64,000 nt of DNA from Gemmatimonadales bacterium (GTDB lineage Bacteria > Gemmatimonadota > Gemmatimonadetes > Gemmatimonadales > GWC2-71-9): positions 840 to 64,839 of the forward strand of contig JACDBX010000084.1 of assembly GCA_013694695.1 (NCBI GenBank), read 5' to 3'. Position numbers and translations under genes: made by a program. Within the stretch, counting starts at the first letter, position 1, and the number at the start of each line of letters is the position of its first letter. This document shows, in pieces, positions 59,335 through 64,000 of the stretch. The notes below the pieces were generated by a model that saw nothing but the letters and a program-made list of their open reading frames with translations, made no database searches and was not told the origin of the DNA.

Positions 59335-60178
59335 CCCAGGCGGGCCGCTTCCAGTTGGGGTTTCGCAGCAGTGCCGCGGGGTGATAGGTCACGACGAGCG
59401 GAATCCCGTTGTACCGGTGCACCTTGAGTCGGAGCTCCCCCAGTGGCTTTCGCACACCGAGGAGCGCCTCGGCGGCGGAGGTCCCGAGGGCAAGGATCAC
59501 CTTCGGACGCACCAGCTCGATCTGACGATGAAGATACGGCATGCAGGCGTCCCGTTCATCAGGGAGCGGAGCACGGTTCCGGGGAGGCCGGCACTTCACC
59601 ACGTTCCCAATGTAGACCGTTGCGCGCGGGGCCTCGATCACCTCGAGGATCTTGTCGAGCATCGCCCCGGCCCGTCCCACGAACGGACGCCCCGACTTGT
59701 CCTCCGACTCGCCCGGTCCCTCGCCCACGCAGAACAGGCCAGCCGACGGGTTTCCCTCGCCTGGCACGGTCAAGATACGCCCGGCCGCGAGCGGGCAACG
59801 TACGCACCCCGACACCACCTCGGCGACCTCCTCGAGCGAGGCCCAGGTGCCGTGTCCGCTCGTCGGCGTGGCGAAGGTGACCGCGAGCCCCGGTCCGGGT
59901 ATCGGCGGTGCCCCAGTGCGCCATTCTGCCGCAGGATCGCCGGTCGGGACAATGCGCCATGCCACGTCGGGTGCCTTTTCGATCGTCGGGCCAACCGAGT
60001 CGGGCGCGGGCGCCGGGGCCGTCCGGGCGGGTCGCGACCCCTTCCGGGGTGAGGGAGTCACCGTGGCCGGCGCCCGCTCGACCTCCAGTTCGCGCTGCGC
60101 CAACGGCCGGTCGAAGATGACCTCATCGCCACCGAGGTCGCGCTGCAGCTCGAGCCACCGGCGGGTCGCGTCATTCAC
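59291..60178 (-). CDS. Family 4 uracil-DNA glycosylase with N-terminal extension
   Basis: CVRCPL, GEGPGESEDKSGRPFVGRAG, NVVKCRPPRNR and HPAALLRNP. GTG at 60178 lies 5 nt after the coaBC stop codon (60173-60171). The 3' end overlaps the dnaB start by 44 nt. Confidence 0.85.
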   Translation of the reverse strand: MNDATRRWLELQRDLGGDEVIFDRPLAQRELEVERAPATVTPSPRKGSRPARTAPAPAPDSVGPTIEKAPDVAWRIVPTGDPAAEWRTGAPPIPGPGLAVTFATPTSGHGTWASLEEVAEVVSGCVRCPLAAGRILTVPGEGNPSAGLFCVGEGPGESEDKSGRPFVGRAGAMLDKILEVIEAPRATVYIGNVVKCRPPRNRAPLPDERDACMPYLHRQIELVRPKVILALGTSAAEALLGVRKPLGELRLKVHRYNGIPLVVTYHPAALLRNPNWKRPAWDDVRIARQLLDAID

Positions 60179-61364
60179 GGTAACCCTCGATCGCGTCGAG
60201 GATCGCCTCCGCCACGTCCGCCTTCGACCGCAGCGACACGTGCTGTTCGCCGCCGAGACAGTCGAGGATCGTGACAGCGTTGGTGTCGACATCGAAGCCG
60301 GCACCCTCTTCGAGGGCATCGTTGATCACGATCATGTCGAGCTGCTTGCGTGACAGCTTGGCCCGGCCGCGGTCGAGCGCCGCACCGGTCTCGAGCGCGA
60401 AGCCGACGGTCGTGAGGCCGGCGTGCCGGTGCGGCAGTGTCGCCTCGAGGATGTCATCCGTGGAGTCGAATGCGAGCGTGAAGCCCCCCGCCGAGCGCGG
60501 CACCTTGGTGTCGCGCACCACCGAAGGACGGAAGTCGGACGGAGCGGCGGCCATCACGAGCAGGTCCGTGCTGGCGATTGCCGCCAGCACCGCCGCGGCC
60601 ATCTCCGCAGTGGTTTCGACGAAAGTGGCGTGCACACCTGACGGCACCCTCTCGTTCGACGGACCGGAAATGAGGGTCACTTCGGCCCCGCGTCGCCACG
60701 CGGCCGCTGCGATCCGGTATCCCATCTTGCCGCTGGAACGGTTCGACACGAATCGTACCGGGTCGATCGGCTCGCGGGTGGGGCCGGCCGTCACCAGCAC
60801 GTTGAGACCGCAGAGCGGGCCCGGACCGGCCAGGACGCGTTCGGCGTGCGCGATGATCTCGTCGGGCTCGACCATTCGACCTGGCCGCGACGAGGGGCCC
60901 TCGGCGAGGTCGCCGACGGACGGGCCCACGAACTTCCAGCCTCGGTTCCGGAGCATTGCGATGTTGGCGGTGGTCGCGGCGTCAGCGTGCATCTCGTCGT
61001 TCATGGCCGGGGCGATGAGGATGGGCCCGGGGGCAGCGAGGACGAGCGCGGTCAGCAGGTCGTCGGCCATCCCGGCGGCGAGGCGCGCGATCAGGTGCGC
61101 GGTGGCCGGTGCGATGATCACCAGGTCGGCGCGATCGCCCACCGTCACGTGGTCGAGCGCGCTGTCACGCTCCCAGAGCGAGGTGCGAACCGGCCTGCGG
61201 GTCACCGCCTCGAACGTGACGGCACCCACGAATTCGCGGGCGCCGCGGGTCATCACCACGTCAACGAGCGCGCCGCGACGCGTGAGGTCCCGGGCAAGCA
61301 GCACGGCCTTGTAGGCCGCGACACCGCCGGTGACGCCCAGGACGACGCGGCGGCCCTCCCACAT
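60171..61364 (-). CDS. coaBC: Bifunctional phosphopantothenoylcysteine decarboxylase/synthetase
   Basis: GVTGGVAAYKA, PAMNDEM, VTAGPTREPIDPVRFVSNRSSGKMG. Confidence 0.93.
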   Translation of the reverse strand: MWEGRRVVLGVTGGVAAYKAVLLARDLTRRGALVDVVMTRGAREFVGAVTFEAVTRRPVRTSLWERDSALDHVTVGDRADLVIIAPATAHLIARLAAGMADDLLTALVLAAPGPILIAPAMNDEMHADAATTANIAMLRNRGWKFVGPSVGDLAEGPSSRPGRMVEPDEIIAHAERVLAGPGPLCGLNVLVTAGPTREPIDPVRFVSNRSSGKMGYRIAAAAWRRGAEVTLISGPSNERVPSGVHATFVETTAEMAAAVLAAIASTDLLVMAAAPSDFRPSVVRDTKVPRSAGGFTLAFDSTDDILEATLPHRHAGLTTVGFALETGAALDRGRAKLSRKQLDMIVINDALEEGAGFDVDTNAVTILDCLGGEQHVSLRSKADVAEAILDAIEGYRE

Positions 61365-61365
61365 C

Positions 61366-61593
61366 TCAGGTCTCGGTGCGGCGCCGGCGCAGCTCGCGGA
61401 AGGTCAGCTCACCGCTGGTGAGCTTCATCAGCGCGAGCGTGGTGAGCTTCTTGACACCCTCGGTGCGCTCCCAGCGCTCGACCGCATCACGCGGGAACTC
61501 ATTGAGGTACCGGGCAAACTTCGCGGCGACGAGGATACCCCGGTACTTCGACCCGGTGTGTTCGGCGACTTCGTGCGGCGTGAAGACTTCCAT
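61366..61593 (-). CDS. rpoZ: DNA-directed RNA polymerase omega subunit (probable)
   Basis: 75 aa with SKYRGILVAAKFARYL resembling the NRY.L...AKRAR omega core, in the canonical gmk-rpoZ position. Confidence 0.7.
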   Translation of the reverse strand: MEVFTPHEVAEHTGSKYRGILVAAKFARYLNEFPRDAVERWERTEGVKKLTTLALMKLTSGELTFRELRRRRTET

Positions 61594-61623
61594 GCTTCCC
61601 CCTGCGTGTGAGTACTGCCTGAG

Positions 61624-62259
61624 TCAGTTCCGCGCGAGCTCCGCGCTGATCTCCGATCGCAATCGATCGAGCAGGACGCTCGCGTCCCGTTGCCTGCTGG
61701 TGCGTCGCGACTCCGCATCGATGATCGCATGCACGGCGCGCACCGCGTCGTCGAGGTTGTCGTTCACCACGACATAATCATATCCCGGCGCCGCGTCGAG
61801 CTCGTGCAGCGCCCGCTCCAGCCGAGCCCGCACCACCTCCGCCGGCTCGGTGCCGCGCGCGCGCAGCCGGTCGGCCAGCACGGTGCCGTTGGGCGGGACG
61901 ATGAAGATCAGCACCGCATCCGGGAACCGCTCACGAACGAGTCGTGCCCCGACCACCTCGATGTCGAGCAGCACGTGCCGGCCCGATCGCGTCACGGCCC
62001 GCACCTCCTCGACCAGCGAGCCGTACGAGTGCCCGTTGTACGTTGCGTGCTCGAGAAACTCCCCCGCCTCAACCCGCCGTGCAAACTCGTCGGGCGCGAG
62101 GAAGTGGTACGCCTCGCCAGCTGCCTCGCCCGGTCGTGGCTCCCGGGTCGTCGCCGACACCGAGTAGCCGGCGTCGGTCCGCTCCACCAGGAGCCGCCCG
62201 GTGATCGACGACTTGCCGCCGCCGGATGGCGACGACAGCACCACCACCAGCGGAGTCAC
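61624..62259 (-). CDS. gmk: Guanylate kinase
   Basis: LSSPSGGGKSS, SATTREPRPGE and EHATYNGHSYG. Confidence 0.92.
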   Translation of the reverse strand: MTPLVVVLSSPSGGGKSSITGRLLVERTDAGYSVSATTREPRPGEAAGEAYHFLAPDEFARRVEAGEFLEHATYNGHSYGSLVEEVRAVTRSGRHVLLDIEVVGARLVRERFPDAVLIFIVPPNGTVLADRLRARGTEPAEVVRARLERALHELDAAPGYDYVVVNDNLDDAVRAVHAIIDAESRRTSRQRDASVLLDRLRSEISAELARN

Positions 62260-63125
62260 TCGACGTTCTCCAATTGCTCGCGGAACTTCTCGAGCTCTCC
62301 CTTCATCGCCACGACATGATGGGCGATGGTCGCGTCGTTGGCCTTCGAGCCAATGGTGTTGACCTCGCGCCCGATCTCCTGGGCGAGGAAGCCGAGGGCC
62401 TTGCCGACCGGGCCGCCGCGCGCCAGTGCATCCCTCGCTGCCGTGGCGTGCGCGTCCAGCCGCACCAGTTCCTCGGCGATGTCAACGCGATCGGCCATCA
62501 TCGCGAGCTCGTGCGCCAGCCGCTGGTCGTCAATGGAGCGGCCGTCGATCAACTGCGCGACGTTGGCTCGCAGTCGGTCGCGCTCGCGCACCAGCCGCCC
62601 GCCCATCTGGTCCTTGATCAGCGCCGCTTCCGCCGACACGCCGTCGAGCCTCGCGCCGAGATCGGCGGCCAGCACCGCGCCCTCGCGCAGGCGGGCAGTT
62701 CGACACTCCATCGCCGCGGCGGCGACGATCGGCGCGAGCTGCGCCCACGCATCGTCGGGCGCTGCCTCCTCGACCGTGCGGCGCACCACGTCGGAATGAC
62801 GCATCACCATTTCGGCCGTTACCTCGCCGGCGAGCGCGAACCGTTCCGTCACGGCGCGGAGCATTTCGACGACTTGGCCAGCGCGCTCCCAGTCGACCTG
62901 ATCGGTGACGGTTCCGGCGACTGCACCCTCGGTCCATCGCACCGACACCGACAGGTGGCCCCGCTCGAAATCGCGCCGCAGCGCCTCGCGGCACTCCGCC
63001 TCCAGCGATCCCAGTTCGGACGGGAGACGGATCGAGAGGTTGAAGAACCGGTGATTCACCGTCCGGATCTCGACCCGGACCCGCCGGGTGCCGAGGTCGC
63101 CCTCGGCGGCACCGAATCCGGTCAT
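62256..63125 (-). CDS. yicC: YicC-family stress-induced protein
   Basis: MTGFGAAEG...VEIRTVNHRF and the C-terminal EIGREVNTIGSKAND. I trimmed the start to ATG at 63125. Confidence 0.88.
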   Translation of the reverse strand: MTGFGAAEGDLGTRRVRVEIRTVNHRFFNLSIRLPSELGSLEAECREALRRDFERGHLSVSVRWTEGAVAGTVTDQVDWERAGQVVEMLRAVTERFALAGEVTAEMVMRHSDVVRRTVEEAAPDDAWAQLAPIVAAAAMECRTARLREGAVLAADLGARLDGVSAEAALIKDQMGGRLVRERDRLRANVAQLIDGRSIDDQRLAHELAMMADRVDIAEELVRLDAHATAARDALARGGPVGKALGFLAQEIGREVNTIGSKANDATIAHHVVAMKGELEKFREQLENVE

Positions 63126-63222
63126 GCTCAGGACCACGAAGGCTCCAGTCGCAGGGTAGCCCTGAAATATAGCAGGGGCCCGTCCGCAAGGCACTCATCC
63201 CGTGGCCCCCACGGCCAACCAC

Positions 63223-64000
63223 TCAGTTCGCGAACTCCCAGCGTACCCCGAAGCTCGAGGCCACCGTCGGGAACGGATATCCGGGAATATTCCCCGCCCG
63301 CCTGGCCTGGAAGTTCACCCGGTCGTAATAGGCGATGAACGGGCCGATCTGGAGCTGCAGGATCCCGCGCACGAAGGTCCGACCGGGCATCGGAATCGGC
63401 TCGCCGTCAGCGTCGCGGCCCACGACCCCGGGGCTCCAGCTCTCCACCAGTACCTGCGCCTTGAGGTCGAAGATGCCCGACGGGAAATTGCGCAGGAACT
63501 TCGACCGGACGGTCGCGCTGGTGAGGGCGTGGTGCGGTGGCGCGCCGTCAGGGCTCCCGAGGCGGACCGGATGCTCGTAGCGCGACTCCAGCGTGAGCCA
63601 GCGAAGCGCAGCCAGGCGCACTCGCGCAACCGCCCATTCCACATCGTCGACCGCGGCAAGTGTCGGCACGCGCAGGAACTCCGAAAAGGCGCGCGGCTGC
63701 CAGCCGTCGGTCCGGATCCAGCTCGCTTCGAGCCCCAAGCGGCTCCGCTCGAACGCTGCCGTCACCTGCATGTCGGTGAAGCGTTGTTCAGGGTCGTTGG
63801 CAATCATCGGCGAGGCGACACGATGGCCCGACGATACCGTGCCCGTCACCGCGACCTGCAGCAGCGGCACCACGACGCCCAGGCGTGCAGTGGTCCAGCC
63901 ACTACTGCGATCGCCCTCATGCTGTTGTACAACGTGATCCACCGAACCGGTGACCCAGGCGTGCGGGCTCCAGCCGAGCGAAAGCCTTGCGTCGAGTGGT
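63223..64000 (-). CDS. Probable outer-membrane beta-barrel protein, C-terminal part (gene continues past right edge)
   Basis: My own translation shows the frame stays open from 63942 to 64000 (...PLDARLSLGWSPHAWVTGSVDHVV...), so the listed GTG start is probably internal. It has an alternating hydrophobic strand pattern and the aromatic C-terminus FGVRWEFAN. Confidence 0.5.
   Translation of the reverse strand, partial: PLDARLSLGWSPHAWVTGSVDHVVQQHEGDRSSGWTTARLGVVVPLLQVAVTGTVSSGHRVASPMIANDPEQRFTDMQVTAAFERSRLGLEASWIRTDGWQPRAFSEFLRVPTLAAVDDVEWAVARVRLAALRWLTLESRYEHPVRLGSPDGAPPHHALTSATVRSKFLRNFPSGIFDLKAQVLVESWSPGVVGRDADGEPIPMPGRTFVRGILQLQIGPFIAYYDRVNFQARRAGNIPGYPFPTVASSFGVRWEFAN

Noticed and set aside
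1-64000. Search for rRNA, tRNA, tmRNA, SRP RNA, riboswitches, IS elements, integrases, toxin-antitoxin pairs and defence systems
   Set aside because: All intergenic gaps are at most ~210 nt and none showed a cloverleaf or conserved ncRNA motif by eye. No transposase, integrase, restriction or Cas-like translations appear in any frame. Absence is by inspection only, not by covariance-model search.

Overview
The window is very GC-rich bacterial chromosome and almost entirely core housekeeping. About 66 of 71 genes lie head-to-tail on the minus strand. Gene content suggests a diderm such as Gemmatimonadota, but that is inference only.

Minus-strand coding order by descending coordinate:
- A partial outer-membrane-like gene at the right edge, then yicC-gmk-rpoZ-coaBC, a family-4 UDG, dnaB-radA-ispD-tsaC, an LMW phosphatase, aroE and comF.
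- gap-pgk-tpiA-secG-carA, an HU/IHF-like gene, moaD-moaE-moaA and trmL.
- mdh and sdhCAB.
- An accessory stretch at about 30.6-41.6 kb: two M28 peptidases, an LVIVD propeller lipoprotein, a porin-like protein, VOC, DUF1499, a decayed transporter remnant, a TfoX_N/methyltransferase/lipoprotein/DUF427 operon and a small coiled-coil membrane protein.
- pilT, then dcd on the plus strand.
- A complete 14-gene nuoA-N operon running straight into a phosphomannomutase and a UPF0182-like giant membrane protein.
- sucCD, ndk, DUF177-rpmF-plsX-fabHDG-acpP-fabF, a CHASE hybrid histidine kinase, and a partial lipoprotein at the left edge.

I found no rRNA, tRNA, CRISPR array, IS element or recognisable defence system.

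The items most worth a second look:
- The exported-protein operon at 36.3-41.6 kb.
- The four-gene TfoX_N operon next to the decayed transporter scar.
- An inverted triple-heptamer element between sucD and ndk.
- A perfect CRP-type palindrome in the nuo leader.

All product calls come from reading motifs in the supplied translations. No searches or alignments were run. Many ORF-track N-termini were trimmed to internal ATG/GTG/TTG starts that abut the upstream stop codon.
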